Assembly: GCA_017547655.1 (NCBI GenBank)
Contig: JAFYPF010000001.1
Span: 72,643-136,642, forward strand
Length of the DNA: 64,000 bases
Direction: 5' to 3'
Origin: Clostridia bacterium
Lineage (GTDB): Bacteria; Bacillota; Clostridia; Oscillospirales; CAG-272
Shown here: positions 8,869 through 18,839 of the stretch, piece by piece
How positions within the stretch are numbered: position 1 is the first letter of the stretch
How the letters are laid out: the number at the start of each line of letters is the position of its first letter
The notes under the pieces: model-generated
Database searches by the model: none
Told to the model about the DNA's origin: nothing
Seen by the model: the letters and a program-made list of their open reading frames with translations, nothing else
Position numbers and translations under genes: made by a program

Positions 8869-9930
8869 ATGATTTCTTATGGGATAAACATAAAACCATT
8901 TTTAAATAAAAGTAAAGATATAATTACTGTTTCAAGAGTTGTTGCGCTGCTCTCTATTGTATGCGCTCATTGTTCCATGGTTAATGATGATGTTAGCATA
9001 TCAACTCGTTTTATAGGCGGATTCTTTCAATGTTTTGGTCCTTGGGGGGTATCGTTGTTTTTCTTTATCTCTGGTATGCTCTTTGCTAGAAATAATAAGA
9101 AGTTTGGTGCGTTTTGGAGAGGAAAGGCGTTTTCGCTTTTTATACCATGGTTTTTTTGCTCGACCGTGGTGTATTTGTATGTGTCACTTAGAAAAGATTC
9201 GTTTGATCTTGTAGATTGCATATTGTCAGTTTTGGGGTATTCATCTTCGTTTTGGTTTTGTTTTTCATTGGTGTTGATTTATATGATTTTGTTTGCTTTG
9301 CCTAAAAACAAAGCATCGTGTGTGTTTCTTGTAGTGTTGTCGCTTTCATATAGGATTCCGCTTGGTTTAGGCATGTTTCCCAAAAATAATTTTTTTGCAT
9401 ATATTAACCCTTTGAATTGGTTATGGATTTTTTGTATAGGAATGTTGTGCACAAACTTGTTGTGCGTAATTGTTGAAGAAAAGGCAAATAAGGTTGGGGC
9501 ATTTTTTGCTACTTTTATTGTTTCGTTAATTGCTTTGCTTTTTGTTCTTGGCTGGAATTCATATAAAGGTATTTATGTTTCTTATACGCATATTTTTTAT
9601 GTTTTTATCGCGTTATTGTTTGTGGTATTTGGTATAACCTTATCTGCGGTTTTGGTAAATTATAGGAAAATAACAAGTGTATTAAAATGGGTTGGAGAAA
9701 GATCCTTTTCTGTATATTTGTTGCATGAATTGGGGTTTGCAGGATTGATAACCAATTTGTGTTCTCGTGTGGATTCACCTATTTTTGTTATTATAAGACC
9801 TTTTCTGGTTATTTGTTTTTGTTTGCTTGCAATTGAATTAGGCAGATGGGGGGCTGGAGTTATAGGTATGTCGAGATTTTATGCATTGTTAGTTGGTTCT
9901 CGTTTTGTTAAAGATGGAGTAGAAAAATGA
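8869..9930 (+). CDS. Membrane acyltransferase family 3 (polysaccharide O-acetyltransferase)
   Basis: 353 aa, polytopic and hydrophobic throughout. The AT3-like N-terminus has a conserved His (VCAHC) and the SFSVYLLH motif. Confidence 0.75.
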   Translation: MISYGINIKPFLNKSKDIITVSRVVALLSIVCAHCSMVNDDVSISTRFIGGFFQCFGPWGVSLFFFISGMLFARNNKKFGAFWRGKAFSLFIPWFFCSTVVYLYVSLRKDSFDLVDCILSVLGYSSSFWFCFSLVLIYMILFALPKNKASCVFLVVLSLSYRIPLGLGMFPKNNFFAYINPLNWLWIFCIGMLCTNLLCVIVEEKANKVGAFFATFIVSLIALLFVLGWNSYKGIYVSYTHIFYVFIALLFVVFGITLSAVLVNYRKITSVLKWVGERSFSVYLLHELGFAGLITNLCSRVDSPIFVIIRPFLVICFCLLAIELGRWGAGVIGMSRFYALLVGSRFVKDGVEK

Positions 9931-11132
9931 AAGTTTTATTAATTGATGTCAATTGTGAGGATAGCAGTACAGGTAAAATTGTTTATGATACATACAATTA
10001 CATTATAAAAAATAACGACCAAGCAGCGGTTTGTTATGGTCGCGGAAAAAAGATAAAAGAGAATAATATCTTTAAGTTTGGAATTGACATCGAAACTTAT
10101 CTACATGCATTGCTTACAAGAATAACGGGATTTACTGGAGTTTTTTCACCCTTATCAACTATGAGGTTGTTGAGATATATCAAAAAATTCAGACCAGATG
10201 TAGTCCATATACATGAGCTTCACGCGTATTTTTTGAATGTCTCAATATTGTTGAGATTTTTGGAAAAAAATAATATTCCAGTTGTTCACACGCTTCATTG
10301 TGAATTCTCATATACGGGGAAGTGTGGACATGCAGATGAATGTGAACAGTGGAAGACAGAGTGTAAAAACTGTCCAAAGGTAAGAGAATATCCACAAAGT
10401 ATGTTTTTTGATCAAACTCAAAAAATGTTTAAGAAAAAAAAGAATGTTTTTTCTAAATTGAAAAAAATGATTATCACTACTCCGTCAAATTGGATTACAG
10501 AGAGAGCGAAGCAATCGTTTCTCGGAAATCGCGAAATTAGAACGATATATAATGGGATCAATACTGAAATATTTTGCCCCCAAAATAGCGGGGATTTTAT
10601 TAGAAGAAAATATGGAATATCCGAGCAGCAAAAAATTGTCTTATCTGTTGCTCCTAATATATTATCTTCAAGAAAAGGCGGAGAATATGTTTTGCGGTGC
10701 GCAAATACGTTGGGGGAAAAAGGGTATTTCTTTATATTGATTGGTGCTGATGAAGCGGACAAATGGAATCAAAAAAATGTTCTTGTTTTGCCCAAGATAT
10801 ATGACAAAGAACTTTTGGCTAAATTTTATTCAGCAGCGGACGTTTTTGTGTTGTGTAGCAAAAAAGAAACTTTTTCTTTAACTTGTGCTGAGGCATTATG
10901 TTGCGGAACTCCTGTTGTTGGATTTAAGTGTGGTGCTCCAGAAATGATATTTCCTGAACCGTATGCAAAGTTTGTGGAATATGGAGATATTGATGCACTG
11001 TCAACTTTAATCACAGAAATTACATTGAATAATATTGATGCGGAGGAAATAAGTAAGTTTAGTATAAGTCGTTATTCAAATGATAAAATGTTGGAGTCAT
11101 ATTATGAAATCTACAGGAAAATTGGAGAATAA
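9927..11132 (+). CDS. Glycosyltransferase (GT4/GT1 fold)
   Basis: 401 aa. The C-terminal half has an E-x7-E-like region (FSLTCAEALCCGTPVV). The start overlaps the upstream stop. Confidence 0.75.
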   Translation: MKVLLIDVNCEDSSTGKIVYDTYNYIIKNNDQAAVCYGRGKKIKENNIFKFGIDIETYLHALLTRITGFTGVFSPLSTMRLLRYIKKFRPDVVHIHELHAYFLNVSILLRFLEKNNIPVVHTLHCEFSYTGKCGHADECEQWKTECKNCPKVREYPQSMFFDQTQKMFKKKKNVFSKLKKMIITTPSNWITERAKQSFLGNREIRTIYNGINTEIFCPQNSGDFIRRKYGISEQQKIVLSVAPNILSSRKGGEYVLRCANTLGEKGYFFILIGADEADKWNQKNVLVLPKIYDKELLAKFYSAADVFVLCSKKETFSLTCAEALCCGTPVVGFKCGAPEMIFPEPYAKFVEYGDIDALSTLITEITLNNIDAEEISKFSISRYSNDKMLESYYEIYRKIGE

Positions 11133-12243
11133 AAAAATAAGAGTACTTTTTATAACCAACATTCCATCCCCGTATAATGTTGATTACTTAAATGAGCTTG
11201 GAAAACTGTGTGATGTTACAGCAGTCTTTGAGCAAAAAGTATCAACTGAAAGAGATTCGAGTTGGGAAATATTCGATGCGAAAAATTTTAAGTGTGTGGT
11301 TTTAAGAGGCATTCGCGTAAAGCGAGATATGTCAATTTCTGTTGGTGTTATTAAATACATAAAAAAATTCAAAAATGATTTTGACAGAGTGGTTATTGGG
11401 AATCCAGCTTCTCCAACTGGAATTATCGCCATTAACTATTGTAAGTTGTGTAAAATTCCCTTTATACTTCAAAGTGAAGGGGGATTTGCGGGAGCTGGAA
11501 AAGGATTTAAAGAGTGGTTCAAAAAAAATCTTATGTCTGGAGCAAAATTATATTTGAGCGGAATGAATTCCGACAATGATTATTTTTTAGCTTATGGCGG
11601 TAATAAAGACAATATTTTTAGTTATCCATTTTCATCTTATTTCCAGAACGAAATACTTACTAAAGTGCCTACAAGGCTTGAGAAAGATACTGTTGCAAAA
11701 GAACTAGGATTGAATGATGATTATCGCATATTGTATGTTGGTTCAATTGCATATCATAAAGGGGTAGATGTTCTTTTGAGGGCATTTAAAAAAATAGAAA
11801 ACAATGCGCATTTATACATGGTTGGTGGAAAACCAAATGAGGAGTTGTCTAATCTAATATCAGTGTTGGATATTAAAAATATTCATTTTGTTGGATTTGC
11901 GCAAAAAGAGTTAGTTCGAAAATATTATATTGCCTGCGATTTATTGGTTTTGCCAACTCGCGGGGATACTTGGGGACTTGTAATAAATGAGGCTATGTCT
12001 CATGGTTTGCCTATAATTACAACTAAAAAGTGTGTTGCTGGGAATGAACTTATAAGTGATTATCAAAATGGATTTTTGATAAATAACGAAGACCATGAAA
12101 TGCTACACGAGCGTATTATGGAACTGATGTTAGATGAAAGTTTGGCGCACAAGATATCTGAAAATAATATTGAAAAAATGCAACAGTATAGCTTGGAAAA
12201 TATGGCGAAGGTTATTTATGACGCATTAAATACGAGCAATTAA
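11104..12243 (+). CDS. Glycosyltransferase family 1/4
   Basis: It has GDTWGLVINEAMSHGLPIITT (E-x7-E region). ATG 11104, with ggag 7 nt upstream, is preferred over the longer ORF start at 11080. Confidence 0.8.
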   Translation: MKSTGKLENKKIRVLFITNIPSPYNVDYLNELGKLCDVTAVFEQKVSTERDSSWEIFDAKNFKCVVLRGIRVKRDMSISVGVIKYIKKFKNDFDRVVIGNPASPTGIIAINYCKLCKIPFILQSEGGFAGAGKGFKEWFKKNLMSGAKLYLSGMNSDNDYFLAYGGNKDNIFSYPFSSYFQNEILTKVPTRLEKDTVAKELGLNDDYRILYVGSIAYHKGVDVLLRAFKKIENNAHLYMVGGKPNEELSNLISVLDIKNIHFVGFAQKELVRKYYIACDLLVLPTRGDTWGLVINEAMSHGLPIITTKKCVAGNELISDYQNGFLINNEDHEMLHERIMELMLDESLAHKISENNIEKMQQYSLENMAKVIYDALNTSN

Positions 12244-12344
12244 TTAAATTGAGTAATATAGTCGTAAGAAAAATACCAATTATGAGCGAATTGATAAATC
12301 GTTGGTATAAATTGATTTTTCGGGGGAAGTGGAGGATAAGCGCG

Positions 12345-13619
12345 ATGAATATAAAGAAGAGCGAGTTAGCGCTTACTTTTTTGATTATTCTTACTTCTTT
12401 GCATGGTCAAAACAATAGTTTGGACTATGCAATTGAAGTTTCGTGGATAATAATTTTGTTATGTGCTTTTAAGAATCAAAAACTATTTTATGGAATTATT
12501 GCAGGGGTGTCGCTTTTTGCATCTCAACTTTTTGTGCCAGTTATATCACTTCTAACCATAAATGTTTTTGCAGTAATAATCAGTTTGTATTTTTTGATCA
12601 GGAAGTTTAACGATAAATCGGTGCATATTAACGCTCGAATTTTTGGTTTTTATGTTATAGTACTGTTATATGTTGTGCTGGTCTTGGGCGCATTTATTGG
12701 TAAAACAACACAGATTATAATGGTCTTGGCAATTATGCTTCTCTGTTGTGAACTGGCGATTAAACTCAAAGATGAAGAAAATCTGGTGGTGTTTGCAAAA
12801 TATTTTGTGTTAGCAACCATTAGCGCAAGTTTATATGGATTGATAGGAAATTCTTCTTTTGTAGATGCGTCAGATAGATTTTGTGGTACAAGCACGGATC
12901 CTAATTACTTTGGGTATTTTTTGGTCATATCATTTGTTTTTCTTGGTATAATTAAAAAGCATATTCCTAACTGGGTATATATATCGGGGAAAATAGCATT
13001 GGCTATTTTGATTGTGTTTACCGGAAGTAACACAGCGTTAATTGCGTTGTTCCTTATGCTTATTGTAAATATTTTAATGCGAGATATTTCGTTTGCTTCA
13101 AAGGGGATTTATGTTCTTGTGTTAATCATAGTATGTGGTGTTGTGTATTTTGAAAGAGCTAATATTGGAAAAGCCTTCTTAAGTATTAATTCTGAGAATT
13201 ATTTTGCAGATAGATACTTAACAACATTTGGCAATTTGCTCATTGGAGAATCTAATGCGGCTACTTCCGGAAGAACAAATATAGTAGGAAGTTATTTGCG
13301 GTCATTTAGTGAGTTTTCATTCTTTGAAAAAATATTCGGCGGACATGTTTGTGGGATTTTTGGTGTCGATGCAAATTATGCAAATGATTTATCATTACAT
13401 TTGCCACATAATTTGAATATTGACGTTTTGTTTTCGATTGGAATATTTGGTTTGTTGTATGTGTATTCAATTGTTTTTTCAAGTTTCAGATATTGGTTTG
13501 GAAAAAGAGGTAGTGAAGTAGGAAAACATATGATATTATTGAAATTGATTGTTGTGTTGTACACATTCTCTCTTTCTTATTTCTTAGGATTTCCGTCGAT
13601 GATTTTTTTGTTTTTGTGA
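12345..13619 (+). CDS. wzy: O-antigen polymerase/ligase family membrane protein (Wzy-like)
   Basis: About 10-12 predicted TM segments with one larger loop, and no cytoplasmic domains. Its position in a Wzx-dependent locus fits. ATG 12345 is preceded by ggagga, while the ORF-track start at 12249 is a TTG with no RBS. Confidence 0.65.
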   Translation: MNIKKSELALTFLIILTSLHGQNNSLDYAIEVSWIIILLCAFKNQKLFYGIIAGVSLFASQLFVPVISLLTINVFAVIISLYFLIRKFNDKSVHINARIFGFYVIVLLYVVLVLGAFIGKTTQIIMVLAIMLLCCELAIKLKDEENLVVFAKYFVLATISASLYGLIGNSSFVDASDRFCGTSTDPNYFGYFLVISFVFLGIIKKHIPNWVYISGKIALAILIVFTGSNTALIALFLMLIVNILMRDISFASKGIYVLVLIIVCGVVYFERANIGKAFLSINSENYFADRYLTTFGNLLIGESNAATSGRTNIVGSYLRSFSEFSFFEKIFGGHVCGIFGVDANYANDLSLHLPHNLNIDVLFSIGIFGLLYVYSIVFSSFRYWFGKRGSEVGKHMILLKLIVVLYTFSLSYFLGFPSMIFLFL

Positions 13620-13627
13620 GGAATAAA

Positions 13628-14812
13628 ATGAAAAACAAAATTTTGTATAGTGGTAATTTTTTAAATAAATCAGAACTTGGAAAGTTTAGGGGACCTGCAG
13701 TTTCTGCCAATAGAATGCAATTGGGGCTTTTACAAGAGCTTGATAAAGTTTTGGGCGATTTTGATTTAATATCTGTTCTTCCAATTGCAGCGTATCCAAC
13801 GGAAAAAATGATTGTTGAAAAGAAAATAGCCAAGTTGGTTGATAGTGGGGATAAAGAATATTATCAGTTGCCTTTTTTAAATTTGCCATATATAAAACAA
13901 CTATCGATTAGACGAAATTTGTACAAAGAATTGAAAAAATCAAAGGCGGATTTGATTATAAATTTTAATCCGTATTATGAATTGCAGAAAGCGACATTAG
14001 GGTATTGTCATAAATATAATAAAAAATCTATATGTATTGTTGCTGATATTCCAGTTACCATCCCCAAACAATATTCTTTTTTGAAAAAATGTTTCAGAAG
14101 ATATGAGATAAAGGAATATTATAAAGCGATTTCTAAGTATGATGGTGTTATTGTCTTAAACAAGCTTGTTTTAGAAGAGTTTGGTTTGAATTGCCCTTAT
14201 TATTTGATGGATGGCGGGGTATCAAGAGAAGAGATAGAAAGCAGTGTTGTATGTGACAAATCTGAACGTGTTGCAAATAGAATTTTATACACTGGTGCAT
14301 TGGAAGCATATAACGGTGTAATGGAGTTGATTGAGGGTTTTTTGCTTGCAAAAACACATGGACTTGAACTTGTGATTTGTGGTGGAGGGACTCTTTGGGA
14401 TTCTATAAAAGAACGCATTGCTGATCACGATAACATTATATTAAAAGGGAATGTTCCTAATGAAGAGGCAAAAAAATTACAACGTGAATCTGGCTTGTTA
14501 ATAAGTACAAGACCGACAAATGAATATGCACTTAGATTGACGTTTCCGTCTAAAATTATAGAATATCTTCTGAGTGGGACTCCTGTGTTGACGACTAAAC
14601 TTAATGGATTGGCAGATTCGTATGATGATTATGTGTATTATTGTGGCGAAAATATTCAAGAAATTGCAGATGGTATAGATGATATTTTTTCGATACCATA
14701 TGAAGAAAGAGAGAAAAAAGCTATATTAGCAAAAGAGTTTGTTTCTCGAGAGAAAAACTACGAAAAACATATTGTTGGTTTCAAAAAAGTTATAGAAGAG
14801 GTATTGGGATGA
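13628..14812 (+). CDS. Glycosyltransferase family 1/4
   Basis: The C-terminal GT-B half has LLISTRP...FPSKIIEYLLSGTPVLTT. ATG 13628 follows gagga. Confidence 0.75.
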   Translation: MKNKILYSGNFLNKSELGKFRGPAVSANRMQLGLLQELDKVLGDFDLISVLPIAAYPTEKMIVEKKIAKLVDSGDKEYYQLPFLNLPYIKQLSIRRNLYKELKKSKADLIINFNPYYELQKATLGYCHKYNKKSICIVADIPVTIPKQYSFLKKCFRRYEIKEYYKAISKYDGVIVLNKLVLEEFGLNCPYYLMDGGVSREEIESSVVCDKSERVANRILYTGALEAYNGVMELIEGFLLAKTHGLELVICGGGTLWDSIKERIADHDNIILKGNVPNEEAKKLQRESGLLISTRPTNEYALRLTFPSKIIEYLLSGTPVLTTKLNGLADSYDDYVYYCGENIQEIADGIDDIFSIPYEEREKKAILAKEFVSREKNYEKHIVGFKKVIEEVLG

Positions 14813-15954
14813 AGTGTTTATTGTACGGTAATGGCGAAATAGATAATTTGGGGTGTGAAGCCATATCAAAGAGTGCTACATACATTTTGAAGAAATTAAA
14901 TCATAAAACCATAGTAGATATAACAACCCAGTTGCCAGACAAACATAGCGAAGATATTGAAAAGTTTGCAGACCATGCAATACCATTAAAAAGAGGAAGA
15001 CAAGGGATAAGCAATATAATTAGTGAAATCCTTGTTAGATTTGGGTTTGGCAAATTATCACTTCTTATTCCTAACTATGATGCAATAAAAATGTCGCAGG
15101 GGTACGAATTCTCTTTTTCGGTAGGCGGAGATAATTATTGCTATTCTTTTAAAGAAAAATTTTATCGTTTAAATAATGCGGTTCGAAAAAATAATTCTAT
15201 AAACGCTTTTTGGGGCTGTTCAATTGAACCTGATGAGATAAACTCTGCAATGGTAAAGGATTTGTCTGGGTTTGATTATATATTTGCAAGAGAATCAATC
15301 ACTGCAACTGCATTAAAAGAAAAGGGGTTGAACAATGTTCATCTTTGTTCAGATCCTGCATTTCAGCTTCAGCCATCTGTGGTTGAGGGAATGGATTTTC
15401 ATAATTATATTGGAGTTAATTTAAGTCCACTTATTTATAGTTATGCAACAGACAAAGAAATGGTTTGCAAAAACGTTGTTGTTGCATTGACTGATATTCT
15501 TAATAATACGTCGTATAACCTCTGTTTTATACCACATGTATTAGGAACAAACGGAGATTATAATATTCACCAAAAAATAGCTGAGCAATTGCCGTTTCAG
15601 GAAAGAATTGCTCTTGTTAATGAGGGGTATAATTGCGAACAAACAAAGTACATTATAAGCAAACTTGAAGGCTTGATATGCTCGAGAACGCATGCATCTA
15701 TCGCGGGCTATTCTTCTTGTGTTCCCACTTTTGTTTTGGGATACAGTGTGAAAGCTAAAGGTATTGCAAAGGATATTTATGGTGATTATACTGGTCATGT
15801 GTTGCCAGTACAGGATATTATATCGAAAGATATATTGAGAGAACAGATTAATAACTTTATAGGTAATTTGGAGAGCGAAAGAGCTTACTTGAATTCGTTT
15901 ATTCCTGAATACAAAGAAAAAGCATTGGAGATTGAAAAGGTTTTTAAAAAATGA
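14809..15954 (+). CDS. Polysaccharide pyruvyl transferase family protein (CsaB/WcaK-like)
   Basis: 381 aa. The overall pattern (GNGEIDNLGCEAI..., ARESIT..., SRTHASIAGYSSCVPT) is typical of the PS_pyruv_trans family. Confidence 0.7.
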   Translation: MKCLLYGNGEIDNLGCEAISKSATYILKKLNHKTIVDITTQLPDKHSEDIEKFADHAIPLKRGRQGISNIISEILVRFGFGKLSLLIPNYDAIKMSQGYEFSFSVGGDNYCYSFKEKFYRLNNAVRKNNSINAFWGCSIEPDEINSAMVKDLSGFDYIFARESITATALKEKGLNNVHLCSDPAFQLQPSVVEGMDFHNYIGVNLSPLIYSYATDKEMVCKNVVVALTDILNNTSYNLCFIPHVLGTNGDYNIHQKIAEQLPFQERIALVNEGYNCEQTKYIISKLEGLICSRTHASIAGYSSCVPTFVLGYSVKAKGIAKDIYGDYTGHVLPVQDIISKDILREQINNFIGNLESERAYLNSFIPEYKEKALEIEKVFKK

Positions 15955-17120
15955 AATTACGAGATAAAATTAAATGCACCGGATGTGGAGCATGTGTAAA
16001 TATCTGTCCTAAAAGATGCATTTCAATGAAGCAAGATAAAGAGGGTTTTTGTTATCCGGTTATAGAAGAAAGCGCATGTATTGGATGTAAAAAATGTGAA
16101 AAAGTATGCGGAAATTTAGATGTTCAAAAAAATAATATTCCTCAATCTGCACACATAGGATATTCAAAAAAATATCAAATGGACGGCTCAAGTGGTGGTA
16201 TTATTGGAGAATTGGCTAAATGCGTTCTTGAAGATGGCGTAGTTTATGGCGCGGCATTTGCTGATGATTTTTCAGTAGAGCATATTAGGGTTGAAACTTT
16301 AACTGATTTGCCTCAAATATTCAAGTCTAAATACACACAAAGCCGAGTAGGTGATAGCTTTATAAATGTAAAAAAAGATTTGGAAAATAATAAAAATGTT
16401 CTTTTTACGGGAACGTCGTGTCAAATTGCGGGATTGAATGCTTTTTTGGGGAAAAAATATGAGAATTTGATAACGGTTGAGATGATATGCCATGGTGTAC
16501 CATCTCCTGGGATATGGCAGTCTTACCTGAAAGAGAGGGCCAATGAAAGAAGTATTGAAGATGTAAATTTCAGAGATAAGAGAATTTCTTGGAATAAATT
16601 TTGTATTTCAATGAAATTTAGCGATGGAAGTGAGTATTGTTCTGTTGCCGGGGAAGATGATTATATGAAGCGATTTCTTGGAGATTATATTTTGAGGAGC
16701 AGTTGTTATAATTGCGAATTTCGCGGCGTAAAACGCGTAGCAGATATCACTTTAGGTGATGCTTGGTGTGAAAAAAAAGTTTTGTCAAAACTTCCGCAAT
16801 ACACAAATGGTGTATCATCGGTAATTATAAATTCCAAGAAGGGATTGGAACTGTTCCAGAAAACCCAAGAAAAACTTTATTTTGTCAAAGTACATTTTTC
16901 GGAAGCGATTGGGTATAATAATAGTTATTTCTTATCTCCTTTTAGACCAACATCTCGTAAAAGTATGAAAGTTGGTGTAGAGAATGTTACCGAAATCCCG
17001 TCATCTCACTCTAAGAAAGATAAATTGTTGTATTTCATATATAGAGTAAAAGCCAAACTCTTGTGTTTAATATTAAAAAAACGGATGGATCGAAATGAAA
17101 AGAATTTTGATAATTATTGA
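15951..17120 (+). CDS. FrhB/FdhB-like Fe-S flavoprotein (coenzyme F420 hydrogenase/dehydrogenase beta-subunit family) with N-terminal 2x[4Fe-4S] ferredoxin domain
   Basis: It has CTGCGACVNICP and CIGCKKCEKVC, followed by the FrhB-type core (GTSCQIAGL, ICHGVPSP). Confidence 0.75.
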   Translation: MKLRDKIKCTGCGACVNICPKRCISMKQDKEGFCYPVIEESACIGCKKCEKVCGNLDVQKNNIPQSAHIGYSKKYQMDGSSGGIIGELAKCVLEDGVVYGAAFADDFSVEHIRVETLTDLPQIFKSKYTQSRVGDSFINVKKDLENNKNVLFTGTSCQIAGLNAFLGKKYENLITVEMICHGVPSPGIWQSYLKERANERSIEDVNFRDKRISWNKFCISMKFSDGSEYCSVAGEDDYMKRFLGDYILRSSCYNCEFRGVKRVADITLGDAWCEKKVLSKLPQYTNGVSSVIINSKKGLELFQKTQEKLYFVKVHFSEAIGYNNSYFLSPFRPTSRKSMKVGVENVTEIPSSHSKKDKLLYFIYRVKAKLLCLILKKRMDRNEKNFDNY

Positions 17121-18291
17121 AGCAATCAATATAGGTGGCACGGGAAGTAGTTTGAAAAATTTGCTTGCTAATGCAAAAGAGGGTGACTATGACATTACAG
17201 TTGGCATTTTGTCAAACTATGAGAAATCAGTTCAGCAAATTGGCGATTATATCAAGACAATACCTATTGATTCGTTTTCGAGGCCGTCGATGAGTAAAAT
17301 CCAGAAGATAAAAACACTGTTTTTTTGTAAACTTGGATTTGGTTTTTTCATTAATTATTTAGGTTGGTTGATAAACGAGAAGAACAGACAGGCAATGGTT
17401 GCTTCTGCTCAAATTTCAGAATTGATATGGGTTTCAAAGTTAGATACAATTGATTTTACAGAAGAATATGACGTTGTCATTTCATGGTGCGAGATGTACA
17501 CGAATTATCTTTTAGCAAATAAGATTAAAGCCAATAAAAAAGTCGGTTTTGTTCATCCGGATTATATAGGTGCAAAATTTACGCCGAAATATGATAAACA
17601 AACGTTTGAAAAACTTGATTGTATTTGCGCTGTATCGAAAACTGGAGCGAATTCGTTAAAAACTGCATTCCCTGAGTATTCAAAAAAAATAAGATATGTT
17701 TATAATAAGCTGCAAGTAAACAATATTGTGGAAAAGTCAAACGCAACCAGTTTTGAATATTCAAAAGATTTGTTGAACATAGTTACTGTTGCACGAATGC
17801 AAAATCTTTCAAAAGGTTTTGATAGAATTGTTCGAGTTGCAAAAAGGTTGTCGGCTGATGGTCTGGATTTTGTTTGGAGAATTGTCGGAGATGGTGAAGA
17901 CCGTCAATCAACACAAAAACAAATTGATAAAAATGGGCTTGCAGAAAAGGTTATTATTGAGGGTATGAAAGAAAATCCATATCCATACGTTGCTCAAGCG
18001 GATTTGTTTGCACTATGTTCTTATTATGAAGGGTTTCCGATGGTTGTTGATGAAGCTTTGGCTTTGGGAGTCCCTTGCTTTGTTACAGAATATTCTTCCG
18101 CAAGAGAACAGGTTTCCGAAGATGTTGGTTTTGTGGTAGAAAATAACGAAGACGCAATATATAAAGGTTTAAAAAGTATTATTACTTATCCCGAGCAGTT
18201 GGTTGAAAAACGAGAAAGATTGAGTGAAAAATCGAACGATTCTTTTGCGGATTGTAGCGATTTTTATGAAATGATAGAGAGTGTTTTATGA
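17095..18291 (+). CDS. Glycosyltransferase family 1/4
   Basis: 398 aa. It has YYEGFPMVVDEALALGVPCFVT (E-x7-E). It overlaps the upstream gene by 26 nt. Confidence 0.78.
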   Translation: MKRILIIIEAINIGGTGSSLKNLLANAKEGDYDITVGILSNYEKSVQQIGDYIKTIPIDSFSRPSMSKIQKIKTLFFCKLGFGFFINYLGWLINEKNRQAMVASAQISELIWVSKLDTIDFTEEYDVVISWCEMYTNYLLANKIKANKKVGFVHPDYIGAKFTPKYDKQTFEKLDCICAVSKTGANSLKTAFPEYSKKIRYVYNKLQVNNIVEKSNATSFEYSKDLLNIVTVARMQNLSKGFDRIVRVAKRLSADGLDFVWRIVGDGEDRQSTQKQIDKNGLAEKVIIEGMKENPYPYVAQADLFALCSYYEGFPMVVDEALALGVPCFVTEYSSAREQVSEDVGFVVENNEDAIYKGLKSIITYPEQLVEKRERLSEKSNDSFADCSDFYEMIESVL

Positions 18292-18839
18292 CAAGTAAAT
18301 TTATATTCAAACTGATAAATCATTTGCGTGTATGTTGGTATTACAAGCTGGAGATGAAATATATTCAATCTCTGTTTGCTTTCTGCGGACAAAATGTGGT
18401 TGTATCAAATGAATGTATTATTGCTGGACACAATAATATTTCGATTGGAAACAATACATATATTGGCCCCAGATGTTTAATGTATTCAACGGAAGCAAAA
18501 CTATTGATTGGAGATGATGTAACAATTGGCCCTCAGGTTTCGATTGTTACAGGAGATCACCGTTTTGATGTTATTGGAAAGCTTATACGAGAAAATACAG
18601 AAAAACTTCCTGAAAATGATCAAGACGTAATCATAGAAAATGATTGTTGGATTGGAATGAATGTTAATATTTTGAAGGGCGTTACAATCGGAAAAGGTTC
18701 GATAGTTGCTGCAGGTGCAACGGTGATAAAAGACATTCCGCCATATAGCATATATGTATCAAAGGACAACGTTTATAGACGTTTTTCTGATGAGCAGATG
18801 GTTGAACACGAGCGTTTGTTGGCCGGAGGAAATCAGTGA
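18288..18839 (+). CDS. Hexapeptide-repeat (LbH) O-acetyltransferase, maltose/galactoside acetyltransferase-like
   Basis: 183 aa with imperfect hexapeptide repeats (IGNNTYIGP, IGDDVTIGP, IGMNVNILKGVTIGKGSIVAAGA). Confidence 0.8.
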   Translation: MTSKFIFKLINHLRVCWYYKLEMKYIQSLFAFCGQNVVVSNECIIAGHNNISIGNNTYIGPRCLMYSTEAKLLIGDDVTIGPQVSIVTGDHRFDVIGKLIRENTEKLPENDQDVIIENDCWIGMNVNILKGVTIGKGSIVAAGATVIKDIPPYSIYVSKDNVYRRFSDEQMVEHERLLAGGNQ

